A stretch of DNA of 60,513 bases, the filler included, from Piptocephalis cylindrospora (lineage: Eukaryota), in the NCBI GenBank assembly GCA_003614145.1. It is 5 parts of 5 records of this genome, joined end to end, with 100 filler letters (N's around TTAATTAATTAA, not from the genome) between each part and the next. Parts side by side here need not be neighbours in the genome. Positions count along the whole stretch, not along the records: positions 36,470 to 48,474 come from KZ987985.1; positions 48,575 to 60,513 come from KZ987986.1; 3 more parts are not named here. The stretch is one strand, 5' to 3'. Every line of letters starts with the position of its first letter. Within the stretch, counting starts at the first letter, position 1. The notes beneath the pieces are model-generated. The model had not been told where the DNA came from, made no database searches, and saw only the letters and a list, made by a program, of their open reading frames with translations. A program made the translations under genes and the position numbers. Of this stretch, positions 45,801-58,900 are shown in pieces.

Positions 45801-46163
45801 ACAGAACGATGTCATTCTAACTTCTTCCACAATTACCAATTTATCCCACTCTCCCCATAGTCCACTGATCGTCGCTCAGATCCTCAAGGTACGGTAGAGG
45901 GGTCAACAGTATCTTTTCTCACCCTGTCCGGGCCGAAAGGAAATGGGAGGGGTGTAGCTTCTCCTACCACGTCCTCATCGTCACCCCCCGCTATCTCGGG
46001 AACTGCGCATCACTCTGCAGGATCAAACACCCACTCTTCTAGACAACTTCCGGACCAGCGTAGCGTCTTCCGGCATCAGGTCCCTCTGCATCTCTCTAAG
46101 GACGCCTCCAATGGCGGTGGGGGCCGTGGAGGAGGGGCAGATCGGAGCAGGAGACGGAGGTGA
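39870..46163 (+). CDS. THO2: THO/TREX complex subunit 2 (Tho2/THOC2), multi-exon
   Basis: [91 protein letters not shown]-type motif; RD/RE-rich C-terminal tail. Confidence 0.95.
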
Positions 46164-46491
46164 TTTATTTGACCCGAAGAATTAGCAGCAATACGCGGGA
46201 ATCATCATGGAATCCCTCAAGAATGAGGCATATGTGTCTCTGTATATGCTTTGGGTGTGGTGGAATACTCCTTTCAGCATGATGATGTTTATAAATCGCC
46301 CCATTTTCTCTATCTCTCTGTGTGCGCTATGTTTCAAGTCCTTTGGGAGCAGTTTGGTATCATGGTTATTTACCGTCTTTCTGGACCCATGCTTTTGTTA
46401 TCGACAGTACTTGGATTGCTTCATTACCTTTGAGCAAAGTAAGAGCTAAGAGACATCCGAACATAACAGCTGCCTAAAAGCAGGTTGATGT

Positions 46492-46547
46492 GTAGTAGTG
46501 GTAGTAACAGCGAAATGTGTTGAGGAAAATTACAATCCTCCCTTTTT
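46492..46547 (-). mobile_element. (CTA)n-tail family insert, copy 3
   Basis: GTAGTAGTGGTAGTAACAGCGAAATGTGTTGAGGAAAATTACAATCC aligns with the 18531 copy; flanked by CCTAAAAG (46473-46480 / 46548-46555). Confidence 0.55.
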
Positions 46548-46860
46548 CCTAAAAGGTTATACGATATCACGGATAATTAATAATGTTTACTTTTGCCAAA
46601 TATCATACATAAAAAAGCTAGAATACTCATTCATATTAATAATCATTTCAGTAATTTGGATGAAAAACCAAGCTGGCCCACTGTCTTGTGTCTCAATTCT
46701 CGCTCACGATCATCCCAGCAGCTCTGTCTCCCAAGCCTTCTCACGCACACATGTACACATACGTCCATATGGCAGGGGCATTCGCGAATCTCCTGACCCT
46801 AGTTATTCCTGTCCTTCCTCCCAACTTGCATCCCATATCTTCCTTCTTATCCCAAACTCA

Positions 46861-48429
46861 ATGACCGATCATCTGAGTAGTGGATTGCTTCTCACGCTAC
46901 CTCAGGACATTTTGTACGTCATCCTCACTTATTGCCCCCTCCAGGATGTGCTGAATTGCCGAATCACCCACCCCATTCTGCAGCGGACAGCCGAAAGAAC
47001 CTTGAAAGAGTGGGTATACCGGCTAACCGTTCGGATTCCGGACCTTGCTCTTCCTATCAAAGATGCCGAGAAGGCTTTTCTTCTTCCATATCGCACCGAT
47101 CCCCTGTATCGTCGGTGTGCCACTCGACTCCATATCACCCTGGAAGCCTGGGCTCCGGGCCTGGGACCAGCGACAGTGGGAAAATGGCTGGCCAAATTAG
47201 TATCCTTACCTGAACGACTCCTCGAAGTAGAGATCCGGTTGACGACCCGGCATGAATGGAGAATCCGTCAGCTCCTGCTGGTCCTGGGAAAGCCCGGGAA
47301 TGTGCTTCGATCCCTACGTCTCAGCTCCCTTGACCTCCCCTACCTCCTTGATGTCCCCCTATCCGAATCATCACCTGATTCGGTGGTCCCTTCCCTCCTG
47401 GGGACACCTCAGCCCACATTTCCTCATTTACGGCATCTGACCTGCATTATCCCATCCGTACGATGCTTCCTACAAATCCCACAAATTGCCCCAAATGTGG
47501 AAACCCTCTCCCTCCTGGAGCTGGGGACTCCAGTGCAGCTGTCTGAAGAGGAGATGATCAGCTTTTTCCGACGGATCCCCCACATCACATCCTTGTCGTT
47601 TCATCGATCATTCTCCGCCTCCATGTTGGTACTGGCCTTGGCTCGGGCCTTCCCGCAACCATCTGCTCTTCCTTCCCCCCCCCCCCCTACATTATCCACC
47701 TCTGCTTCCCCAAGTTCATCGTCCCCCCGGATAAGAAGCCGTTTACGTAAACTGGGGATTCTCCGTAGCTACATTACGTATCCTGTCGGTCAAGAACAGG
47801 AAATGTTGGAGGATGAGAAGATCCGTGCACGAATCGCCTTCACTGCCCTTCTCAATTCGACCATTCAGCTGGAGGAACTAATGTACGATGGGCCTATAGG
47901 CAAGGAGGCCTCCAAGATCCTTGCCTCGGCCATTGCTCCCACTATACAGCGGCTTCTCCTCTCACAGAGTCGCGGACTTCACCTCTCCTCCGTTCCTGTT
48001 TGGCCTCAGCTGTCCACTCTCAGCCTCCATCGATGCGATTCTATCCGCTTTTGGGATCCGGCAAAGGAGACTATGGAGCCGCCAGCTCGCTTTCCTCGCC
48101 TTTCAGTGTTGTTTATGCGCGGTTGTACCTCGGATCGGTACGGGCCTCCTCCCCTCGACCATGTGCCATTCATGCAATCCGTCACCATGGACATTACCTC
48201 CCTTGCCGATCTTCATGGCTTTCTCCCTCCTCGCGGAGCCGCCTCCTTGGTCTTTCTTGCCTCACGGCCCGTGGACCTTGACGATATTGTCGGGATCTGC
48301 CTAGCCTCAGGCCTGCATAACCTTCAAATTCAATGTGCGGATAAACACTACATCCCATTGCTGCGTCAGGCGTTTACCGAAGGCATCAAGAAGAGGGGAA
48401 CCTCCTTGAAGGCCCTGGAAATCTTATAA
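46861..48429 (+). CDS. F-box / leucine-rich-repeat protein (~522 aa, intronless)
   Basis: N-terminal F-box LLTLPQDILYVILTYCPLQDVLNCRIT; LRR-like segments LRSLRL, FPHLRHL, APNVETLSL, WPQLSTLSLHRC, FPRLSVLFMRGC. Confidence 0.85.
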   Translation: MTDHLSSGLLLTLPQDILYVILTYCPLQDVLNCRITHPILQRTAERTLKEWVYRLTVRIPDLALPIKDAEKAFLLPYRTDPLYRRCATRLHITLEAWAPGLGPATVGKWLAKLVSLPERLLEVEIRLTTRHEWRIRQLLLVLGKPGNVLRSLRLSSLDLPYLLDVPLSESSPDSVVPSLLGTPQPTFPHLRHLTCIIPSVRCFLQIPQIAPNVETLSLLELGTPVQLSEEEMISFFRRIPHITSLSFHRSFSASMLVLALARAFPQPSALPSPPPPTLSTSASPSSSSPRIRSRLRKLGILRSYITYPVGQEQEMLEDEKIRARIAFTALLNSTIQLEELMYDGPIGKEASKILASAIAPTIQRLLLSQSRGLHLSSVPVWPQLSTLSLHRCDSIRFWDPAKETMEPPARFPRLSVLFMRGCTSDRYGPPPLDHVPFMQSVTMDITSLADLHGFLPPRGAASLVFLASRPVDLDDIVGICLASGLHNLQIQCADKHYIPLLRQAFTEGIKKRGTSLKALEIL

Positions 48430-48474
48430 TGGATAGTATCGTCAGGGAAGAGAGATGTGAAGAGAAGGGAAAGA

Positions 48475-48574
48475 NNNNNNNNNNNNNNNNNNNNNNNNNN
48501 NNNNNNNNNNNNNNNNNNTTAATTAATTAANNNNNNNNNNNNNNNNNNNNNNNNNNNNNNNNNNNNNNNNNNNN
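48475..48574. other. Artificial contig linker
   Basis: N44-TTAATTAATTAA-N44. Confidence 0.98.
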
Positions 48575-49037
48575 CTAGAAAGGCTATCTCTCCCCCCCCC
48601 CCGTTCTCATCCCCCCTTCCCTCCTTAAACCCCATTTACCCATCTTCCAAAGCTTCTTGGTCATCCTTCCCAACCCTTCCAAGAGAAACTTTCCCCCCCA
48701 TTTCCCCAACCCTTGCCCATTGGCCTTCCCACCACCCTTTTCCCCCCCGCCGTTTTTTTCCCTCCGCCCCTTCCGCCGCCGTGGGCCCCCCCCCCCCCCC
48801 CCTCCTCGCCCACCCATCCCCCATTCACCCACCTGCCCGCTCCTTTCCACGCTTGTGTACTTTTAGGCGATCGAACCTTTGGGCCCCCTGATCCTTTATT
48901 TTCCTTTGCTTCTGTCCTTCCACGTCTGCACCTCAGTCTTTTTTGTTTTACTCGTTTGTGTCCCTCCTCTCCCTTCGTTTTCATCCCCTCCTCTCCCTTC
49001 GTTTTCATCCCCCCCTCCCCCCACATACACTATCGGC

Positions 49038-52000
49038 ATGGCGCAGCCCATACCTGTGGCTCAGTCCCTCGAGACTCCTGGGGCTTCGGGGAGCCAAACC
49101 AAGAGCCCTCTTCAAAACCCTCTGTATCCTTCCAGTCTCGGTATGGTCGATCATCGACCCAAGGAGTGTTCCGATGGCTATTTTCCACCCATCTCACCTA
49201 GACCCTTGAACACCAACGCTTCTTCAAGTTCATTTGTCCCGCCGAGATGTGGAAAATCAGCTCAATCCACGGCGCACAAGGATAAAATGGATACTAATGA
49301 TGCATCTGAGCAAACGAATCAATCAAAAGGAAAAAGCGAATCACAATTGCCCGCCCTGCCCCAGCTTCATGCACCCACCACTCGGTACGTCATTGGGCCA
49401 CCAGTGCGAGAATGGGATCGTCGGTCCAACCCCGCCTCGCCTGCCTCTCCCGTCGCCATATTGTCCGATTCGATGGTCTCTCGAGGATTCTGGTGTCCTT
49501 GCGGACATTTAGCCGGCACAACGATCCGTACCAATGTAACGGCGGATATGGCCGATGCCATGCAGAGTCTTGTCACTACCCCGTAAGTGCTGCAGAATGT
49601 TGAATGGGTCCATCCCATCCTATTCCATTCGACTTGCTGATCTCTCCCTCCCCCCATCTTTTAGAATGACGGAATATTCCATAAAAGGATCGAATAAGTC
49701 AAGGAGGTGGGGGAAGACCTCGTCAAAGTATCCCAGATCTCGAAAACAGTATTCTCATCCAACATCCCCTCGAAAGCAATATTCCCTTCCGACATCCCCT
49801 CGGTTTGGGCCACCCTCCTCGGCCTTCCTGCCCATGACCGGTCCCTCCATGTCCTTTTCTCCTCCTCGTTCCGATGGAGTCCTTAAAGCAGGACATCTCC
49901 CACCCTTTACCGCCCCCGTCGTCCCGTATTGCCAGACCCCGAGTCAGGTGTCTTTGGCTTCGTTGACCTCCCCCCGCTCTCTACCGCCCACTCGGCTCTA
50001 CCCGCTGTCCATTCATCCAGGCACTCCGGCTACGGGTCGAGATTCCTTTCACACAGCCTCCGGGAGTTCTTACATATCCTCTTCTTCCTCCTCTTCCTCC
50101 CCTCCTCATTCCCCCTTGATCCCCACCCGACCCATAATGCATCGGGGTCAAACGTCCTATCAAACGGCCTATCCAATACAGGAGGAGTCGGAGGGGTCCT
50201 CAATTCAAGAGTTCGCCGATGGTCCCACCCACGCACTGATCCCTAGAATGGACACGCCACCGGTTCAGGATCAAACAAGGACATTAAAGTCTCGGGCCTC
50301 TCAACCCTCCCTTCCCTCCTCTTCGACCTCACTAGCCCCTCAAGACCCCTCTGCGGCAGATCCCCAGGGCTCTAGGCCATTGAGGAAGCAGCATTCAGAG
50401 ATGGCCATCCCATCCTCCCCTGTCTCCAATACGCCTCATCCTGCACCAGTAAAATCAAAGACCGCACTACAGACAGGAAAGTCCTTTCTTCCCCAGTCTC
50501 TTCGACGATTAGCGTGCTCTCCGGTCCCTCCAGGAGGGTCTCCTGAGCAACAAGAAGGACGAGAGGAACCGCCGGTGATCATGTCACGTCTCTTGTGGAA
50601 ACGGGATACCGAGGGCCATCCCGGGATGTACACGACAGCAGATGCACGACACAAACATCCCACGGACATATGGAAGGAGTGGGTGACAGTACTGATGCCT
50701 TCGGGACAGCTATGTAGCTACAGGGGCTATCCTTATGAACGGGATCAATGGCGTATGAAGGGGAAGAAGGCCCCGAGACCCGACCACTCTCTTCATCTAT
50801 CCCTCTCTCTCGTATGTGTGCATTTGCATCCGGGTCATGATCTCTCTATTGTTCTAGAGGTGCAGTTGACTGGGACAGGGAAGCATGGACCAATCCATCC
50901 CCATCGCCTCCCCTCTCATTATCATCAGGAATCTGAGAGGACCTTTATCATCCGTGCCCCTACCCATGAGCTAACCACGGCATGGTTCAGGGCTCTGAGA
51001 CTGTGGGATCCATCGGGCATGGTGACTTCCCCTCCCACCTCGTATCCTCACCCCTCTCATCTAGGCATCTTGGCTGCACCCGCTACTGTGGCCTCTGGGG
51101 AAGGAGAGGATGCGGGGGCTTCCCCCTCTAACATGGGAATTGATCCTACCTCCAAGATGGGAGTCGACCCTACCTCCAGGATGGGTCTAGGGCTCTCCAC
51201 CACCAGCCCACAGGCGCAATCGGGCACGGTGGATCCCCAGAGGTCGGTGGTGGATGTGCGTATCCCTGAGTTGGGAGGAATCCGGGTGCGGATTTGTCTA
51301 GAAGGAGTGGGGGTCAGTGCACTATTGCTTCGGGAAGTAGCGTTGATTCGGGCACGGGAGGCGGCGTCGAATAGCTCTTGGGCTTGGTGGTCGGGACGGG
51401 AGGTGTGGTTGGGGTGGAGGAAGGGGGGGAGGTTTGAGTGGTGTCGTCCTCAAGAATGGATCAATACTGAGGAGGGACGGTATGGTCGGGGGTACCGTCT
51501 GGAGATGCGGTCAGCGCCCCATACAGGCTGTGGGGGAGTTCGGATTCGGGGATCAAGCAAAGTGGTCTGGGCACGGGAGAATGCCTTTAACATTCGGGAT
51601 GAGGAGGAGGAGGGGGAGAGGGCGGAGGAGGCAGAAGGAGATGGACTATGGATCCCCAAGGAGCCCCCATGGGTTGAGGGTATCTTGGAGATGGTGACTG
51701 AGGCTAGAGAAGGAGAGAAAAAGAGGAAGCGTGAGGGGGGGGATGCATCCAGTTCAGCGCCCACTCGGCCTGTATCGTGGAAGCCAGTACGGTACCGATT
51801 TGGAAAGACCATTCGACGTCATCGGGGTCAGGAGAGAGGCGCGACGAGGAAGAAGAAGACGACGAAGATGGTGACGAGGACGACGACAACGATGAAGGCA
51901 AGGCCCAGGAGAATGTGGTATGGAACTAGAGACGGCCTTCTCCTATGGGCACCTATCTCCCGGATAGACCTTGAGGGCCAGGGCGTGCAATGTGATGAGG

Positions 52001-53118
52001 AACACCGGGCAGTCTTGGAGCCTGGGTGTCCCGATCAGGCACTCTCTCTGATTCACGAAGCCACGGGAGCCCTGGACTTGACTCGTGTGGACCGGGTGGA
52101 GTTGGTGGGGCCCAAGGTCTTGGAGGTGGAGGCGGTTGGAAGGGTTCGGAAGCTTCGTGCCTGGGATGAAGCAGGGGCGCAAGATTGGGTCCGAGGCTTG
52201 GCCAAGGCGGTACGGTACTGGAGAGCGCAGGCACGGGCTAAGCAGGAAGCACTGGAATCAGCGTCCCTTGGGATTCTCGGGGGAACGTGGCAGCATGAGC
52301 AGCTCTGGCCCGTGTGTCCCCTACTGGGATGCCGACCGGTCCTAGCCTCTGGGATTTTATATGCGCCGACCGGTCGGGGGATGTGCGGAGGAGGGGCGGG
52401 GGGCAAGGAGCTTGGCGGGGGGGAGGGGGAATCACGTCCACCTGGGGCGGGTGGCGGGGGAAAGGGGGGGACATCGGCACGGATCCGGTTTGAAAGGTTT
52501 CACGGGCTGCTTCTTTCCAATGGGTCCTTGCAGCTGTTCCGGCCGGCTCGGTGCGGAGGTCCAGCATTTCTCCGACGAGGTAGACACGTCTCTGTTCACG
52601 GAACGTACATCCTCTCCCGACCCCATCTTCCTGGAGAGGAGCGGGCAGCGGCACGGGCGGTGACACGATACTACGGGGATGGGGTGGTAAGCGCGGCTGG
52701 GGCAGACATTGAGGGGACTTGGGGAGTGTGGGCACCGCGATGGCGAAAGGTGCGTAGGATACTTGGGTGGTCACGGGGTCGGAAGGGTGGGGGAGGCGGT
52801 CTTTTTCCCTGGAAATGGAGATCAGGTGCTAGGGAAGGTGAGGGTGATGAGGGGATGGGGGGAGCTCGACGACGAAAGCGGGTGATCTGGAAGCGAAGAT
52901 GGGGGGAACGAGGGAGTCTCGAGCCTTTACGATGTCTCTCTCCCCAGGAGATGCTGATGTGGACGACGATGGCGCAGGCCGTGGTGGAAAGGCAGGTTCG
53001 GGGGGTGATCCGGTCCATTGGGCCTGGGGATTGGGGAGCCGAGGAGGAGGTGGGGGATGGTGATGGAGAGGAGGAGGAGGAGGATGAGCTATGGGATGCG
53101 GGATATTATCGCGTGTAA
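49038..53118 (+). CDS. SPO71: Multi-PH-domain protein, Spo71/Mug56-like (exons 49038-49582, 49665-53118)
   Basis: PH-closing helices (FIIRAPTHELTTAWFRAL; AWDEAGAQDWVRGLAKAVRYWRA; SPQEMLMW) and Spo71-like blocks LWPVCPLLGCRPVLASGILY and RYYGDGVVS..GTWGVW. Confidence 0.7.
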
Positions 53119-53175
53119 TAGGGTCAGATGAGGAGGAAATGTGGCATGCCTTAGAGAGGAGGAGTAGGGGAGGAG

Positions 53176-53188
53176 CTGTGTATGTGTG

Positions 53189-53223
<35 letters not shown>
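53176..53223. repeat. (GT)n microsatellite
   Basis: Direct inspection. Confidence 0.95.
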
Positions 53224-53226
<3 letters not shown>

Positions 53227-54036
53227 GCATGTATATCTTGCACGCTTTTCAATTGAGGCTGTCTTTCTCTATTTGTTTGTCGTTCCCTCCTCTGTGTGGA
53301 TTCATGATCAAGATCGCCTCCTTATGCATGGCATAAGAAGTAGGAGGGAAATGAAGGGTCAAGGCGCGTCACACTGTTTTCATATAGGACGAGGGAAGGA
53401 GGACGGAGATTGAGATTGAGATTGAGGCGTGTGTCCCCTGCCTTGGACGTGTATCCCCCACCCAAGACGTGTATTTAGTCTCCGCTTAGCCCTCCATTCG
53501 TCCAGACCTCCTTCTTCTACTCCGCACAAGATGACTCCCATTCGTGAGAGGAGAGAGAGGAGATCAAGCCTCACTCTGGGGGGCCGTCTCCATCCCCCTC
53601 TGCCGCCCTCTTCTCTCTCCGCTGTCTCCTTACAGGTTCACGCTCCCACCCCTTCGACATGGGATAGAGGAAGATCGTATGATGATGAAGCAAGGCGCTG
53701 ACCTCCCCCTCTCTTCTTCATACCTTTTCCGCTTTTTAATCATCCTTTTCCTTCTCTCCCTCTCTCCTCTTCCCGTGCGTCTCCCCTCCCTCCCTCTCTC
53801 CCACTCCTCTACTTCACTTTGATCTTGACAGGTGACACCCTACATTACCCTGGACTGCTCTCTGTTCCCGTTCAGTCCTTCTCCTCGACACCCCTAGTCC
53901 CCCCCACACCCGTGGAGTGTCCACTCTAAAAGTCAAAAGACCTCACCTACTGCTCATGCCAACATCCTGACAGGATCCTCCCGCTCGTACCCCCTTCCTT
54001 CTCCCTCTTCCCCTCCCTCCCCCTCAGCAACCCACT

Positions 54037-55257
54037 ATGCCGTCGCCCTCAAGCCCACCCTTGGATGCTAACCAAGTCCGGATTATCTACCCGCCCCGCA
54101 TGGTCATGGAAATCCCCGCCGCTTCCTTTGACGATCTAGGCATCGAGCTGGATCGTGTGGCCGAGACCATGGGAAAACAGGTAAGGCGAGTCTCAATGGC
54201 GCAGAAAGGGAGATACACATGCATTTTACCCCTTCCCCCCACGGACATGGCCTTAGGAATTGGAAAGCTTTTCCCAGAAGGATCCTCCAGACCAACACGT
54301 TGGTCATGTCGGGGACGGAGGTTATAACGGAGTAACTCCGATTTCCCCCCCCACGAGACCCTCGGTCCCAGCACCCGTGCCCTCTTATCTCCAGGACCGG
54401 GAGATGAACAGGAATGTCATTACCCCTCCTCCCAAGGAACCTCATCCCCCCAAATCCTCCTCCTCCTTTGGCTGGCTCCGAGCGGGGAAGAAGCTTGGAA
54501 CGGTCAGGGAGCGCATGAGTGTACGTTGATCCCGCGTGGGGGTGGCCCACTCTTCGCCTTGAATCCCCATCTCATCCCAAATCTCTCTCTTCCCCTCCAC
54601 TCACAGCGTAAACTTGTCACGAGAAAGGGGAGCAAGATCGTGGATGAACCTCCTTCCCCAACCACCGCCAAAGCAGCCATATCTACTCCTTTGGAATTGA
54701 CGCCCCCAGGAACCCCTCGGGCCCTCCATTCCTCTGGAAATGCCCCCTTACCTCGGGGTGTCTTGCACGAATTTCGTCCCATCTCCACCTGTACCACTGA
54801 CACGGCCCTCATCGATGAACCACAGCCCCCAAAGGCCGATACTACCTTGATGGGCCCCAGGGAAAATCCTTTCCAATCCTCCACACACTCCTCTAGTGTC
54901 TCCTCCTCCCGAAATCCATCCAGGGCCCCATCTATGCGCGAGATCCCCAAGCCTCACACCCCCACATCCACCGCCTCCGACCCATCCAGGTCCCTCTCCA
55001 CACGCGAGACCCCTAGACCTCATATAACTACCATGACCGCCTCAGACCCATCCTCCTCCAAAACACATAAGCCCCTTCCAGATCCATCCACCCTGCCCAT
55101 CCCCCGTTCCCCCGGCCGATCTCAATCAGGCTCTTCTCGATCTGGGATGGCCGATCCCAAGAGGAATACCGTGTTTGACCGGGAATTAAATGCCTCGCGT
55201 GATCGAGCAGCCTATGCCCATGCCATGGATTTTGACGACGAGGAAGAGGACAACTAG
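54037..55257 (+). CDS. Hypothetical Pro/Ser/Thr-rich protein, 3 exons (54037-54180, 54278-54520, 54608-55257)
   Basis: Phase-0 GT-AG introns join three ORF segments; internal duplication RE[IT]P[KR]PHxxTxTASDPS; acidic C-terminus. Confidence 0.6.
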
Positions 55258-55845
55258 GCGACATTCCATCACGAAGGGCCACTAGGGGGCTGGGAGGCAA
55301 ATGTCCTCATGATCGAGGCTGCAGACCACGACCCTATTCATCATCTTACCATTTAATCTCATTGTTAACCAATCAATCCACCCCCATCCCCACTGTCGCC
55401 TCTCTGGCCCTTTTCTATCTGCTACCGTCGATCCATCAACGATTCCATTTCTCTTTTTCTCTTTTCAATCCTCCTCTTCCATGTACAATTTGTTCAACAG
55501 AGACGTATCCGTCTTTAGGTCCTTACCCCGAGCACGCCGATATCCATGTAGGAGAGGATGAGTAAATGGTTCCTTCATTCCTTGTCTGGCCCTGCCCAGC
55601 CCACTCGTCATCCTTCACCAACAATACGATACACATCATCTTCCCTGCGAGAAAAGAGGCTCATAAAGACCAGCTGGGCATACGTCTGATATTCCGCTCT
55701 GTGGTATTCCATACTGTGTGGGCTCATAGGAGCTACAGGTGCGCTTGGATGTATCCCTACTCTATTTACTGCCATTTGTCTCCCGGGAAACAAGGCTGAG
55801 TTTTCATTATCAACATAAAGGGCAGTTTCAAACGCCATCCTCTTT

Positions 55846-55897
55846 CCCATCCCATCCCATCCCATCCCATCCCATCCCATCCCATCCTATCCCATCC
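55846..55897. repeat. (CCCAT)n pentamer repeat upstream of the glycosyltransferase ATG
   Basis: About 10 copies. Confidence 0.92.
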
Positions 55898-55954
55898 TTC
55901 ATCCCTACCCCTTCCCATCCCGGTGGACGTGTGGTACCCCTTCCCTTCTGCACC

Positions 55955-58900
55955 ATGGTAAGACAGCGCGACAGCCCTACTTTCCTCACCTGGGCTGATC
56001 CTTCTCTCCTATTAGGTCCTCCCCTTCCTCTCCCGAGCCTCTCGATCCACCCAGTCTAGACCCCCTCCCTATCCCCATCGTGTAATACAATGGGTCTCGG
56101 CTGCACCGGCATTATGGGCTGCCTTGTGCCAACTCACCGCTGCCGTAGTATCTCCCTCCACCCCTCCCTCATCCCTCCTCTTCTCCCAGACCACCGCCCT
56201 GGATTACTACATTGCCATCCCATGGTCCCTTCTCACCGCCCTTTTTAATTATCATCTAGCCGATTGCGCCCTGCGTCGATGGCCTTGTCGTCCCACCTTT
56301 CTCTCCATCATTCTTCACATCATCACCTTTCTCTCCTCAATTATCCTTCTCCAATACCTCATCCTGTCCATCTGGGACAGTGACCAGCCTGCCCACCCAT
56401 GGCTCATCCTCTCCCTCATTTCCCTCTTCCTCCTTTACGTCTTCTCCTCCTCCTCCTCCCATAGTCCTCTTGCTTACTATCGTCGCCTTTCGCTCAACGA
56501 GTCTAGGGAATCCTCCATGTCCCTCGAACCCCTGCCCTCCCCCGCCGGCGCTAGCTCCGATCCTGAGCCCAGATCCCTGGCTGTTTCCATCAAATATCGC
56601 ACCCTCCTCATTCTCCTCACCATCATCAGCCTCATCAGTACCACCAGCCTCCTACGTCAAGAATCCCTCCCCCCGCACCACGCCTCCATCGATCCCATCT
56701 TCGCCCCCCAGTTCGGCCTCAGTGCCAACACCACCGCCGTCCTTCCCGAGCTCTCAGATCCCTCCAAGGTCCGCTTCCTCCTCATCGTCTTCTCCTCTTG
56801 GGCTGAGGCTGGCTTCCGGCATCGTCAGACCTTCCGTGAATCCACCTTGCGACTCATAGCCCCTGCCCTCAACGCCAATCCGTCCGCCTCCTTTGCTTAC
56901 CGCTTTGTCCTAGGTAACGCTCCTTCCGATCAGGTACGTCGGGAGCTAGGCCCCGCTATTGACGCCGAGCGCCACGACCACGCCGATATCCTCATCGTAC
57001 CCACAAGCGATCGGTACGAGGACCTCAGTCGAAAGGCCTACGGCGCTTACACCTGGGCTGAAGACCTTCAATTTGACTATCTCCTCAAGACCGATGACGA
57101 TTGCTTCATCCGTCTCGACACCATCATCCATGAGCACGTCGCCTCCCATCCCCAGTACGGCTACTGGCGGGGCATGGCCTACCATGACATCTCCCCCATC
57201 CGCAACTCTGTTGATAAAAACTCCGCTTGGGACTACTTACTCCCTCTCTTCCCCCCGTATGTTGCCGGAGCCCTCACCGTTCTTTCCCGCGACGTCATTC
57301 ACCGTCTCGTCTCCCCCGGTCCCAGGACGTTTACCAAGAATGAGGATCAAAACCTCGGTATCTGGCTCTATCCCCTCGGTATCACCCCCGTCCACGACCG
57401 AAGGATCCAGCAAGCCGATGTCTGTGAGGACGACATGATCTCTAAGCACTTCTCCGACACGTATGACGCCCCCCCCAATGGCCACACCCCCAAAGACATG
57501 GCCGACAATGTTCTTCAGGGCCGTCCCCTGTGCCAGGGCTTCTGGCAAAATCACTGTGCCTACTGCTATCCTTGTACCGGTCGCATCAACCACTGGAGGG
57601 ATTGGGGCTTTGAGTGCGACGATGTTCGCGGCGTTACCCGTCCCCAGCCCGTCCTACCTCCGTCTTCCTCAGAGACTCAGTCTCCCTCTCAGAGTGAGGT
57701 CGTGGATCCCCCCTCCCCTTCCGAGGAAGCTCCGTTAAAGGGCTCTTGGATCATCCCTGGTCTTCTTCATCCTTTTTACTCCCCCATGAGCGACAGGGAG
57801 GATTGGTCCTCGCTCTACTGGGCCGCTTGGACATCCGCCCCAGATACCTTCCTCGATCGTCATCACCGAACCCTTGAACTCGTCTTTGCCCATACACCCC
57901 ATGCCCATGTCGTCATTCTTTCCCCCTCCCTGCCTACCGATTTTTTCCTCCCTTACACCTCTCGAGGCTACAATGTCTACGTCGTCCCCGCCACTCCCGC
58001 CGATTTTCTCCGGAATCAATGGTGGATCGGTCCCAAAACGGAGGCCTGGGTTCATCGTATGCACGACTGGTCCACAGGCACCAATTACATCTCTCATCTC
58101 ACTGACTACATCCGATACATCATGCTCCACAAGTACGGCGGCACCTACATGGACATGGATGCCCTATGGATCAGAGCTCCCCCTGATCCCGATGTTCAGT
58201 TCATTGGGGGTGATCAGTCTCTCGTTGCCTCCGATCTCGAGTGGACCCTTGACGCCACCGGGCTCTACTTGGCCCCCGGTGTCATGCGTCTCCGCAAGCA
58301 CTGGAGCATCCTCCGTCAGATCGCCGAGGACGTCTTTGACCCCGATGTCTACTCCCCCGAGTGCTTCAACTGTGTCGGTCCAAAGGCCATCACCACCCAC
58401 GTTAAGCCCCAACGTGCGCTCTTGACCCGCGTCGGTCATCTCCACATCCTCCCTATCCACATCCTTTATCCCAAAAATTATCTCGAAGCCCATTTGTTCC
58501 TCGAACCCTCCGTTCTCCCGCCCAATCGCGCCATTGAGGATCCCGCCATGGCCGAGGTTAGTGACTTGCTTCACCATGGCACCTGGAGTATCCATCTCTT
58601 TGGCAAAATGACCAAGGGCGTCCCCATCCAACCGGGTAGTGTCGTCGACGCTGTCTTCCGTCGCTGGGGCCTCTACATCACTGGGGAACACGCTGGGCTG
58701 CGACTACCCTTGGAGATTCATGGTCCCTCTTTCATCGAAGCCCCAGTCGGTGCGGCCAATCCCATCCTTTTCCAAGGAACCCAAGCCATCTTAGTTCGCG
58801 GAGGTGAGGTCATCCTCCGACCCGAGGAGGGTGGTCGTACTATGCTCCGTGTCCGCGCCGAGGGCGGCTGGCTCTCATGGGGCGATGCCTCCCCCGATTG

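Noticed and set aside
46498..46860. N-terminal extension of the F-box ORF in the ORF track
   Set aside because: Begins at a non-ATG codon inside a repeat insert and AT-rich DNA; the F-box starts just after ATG 46861.
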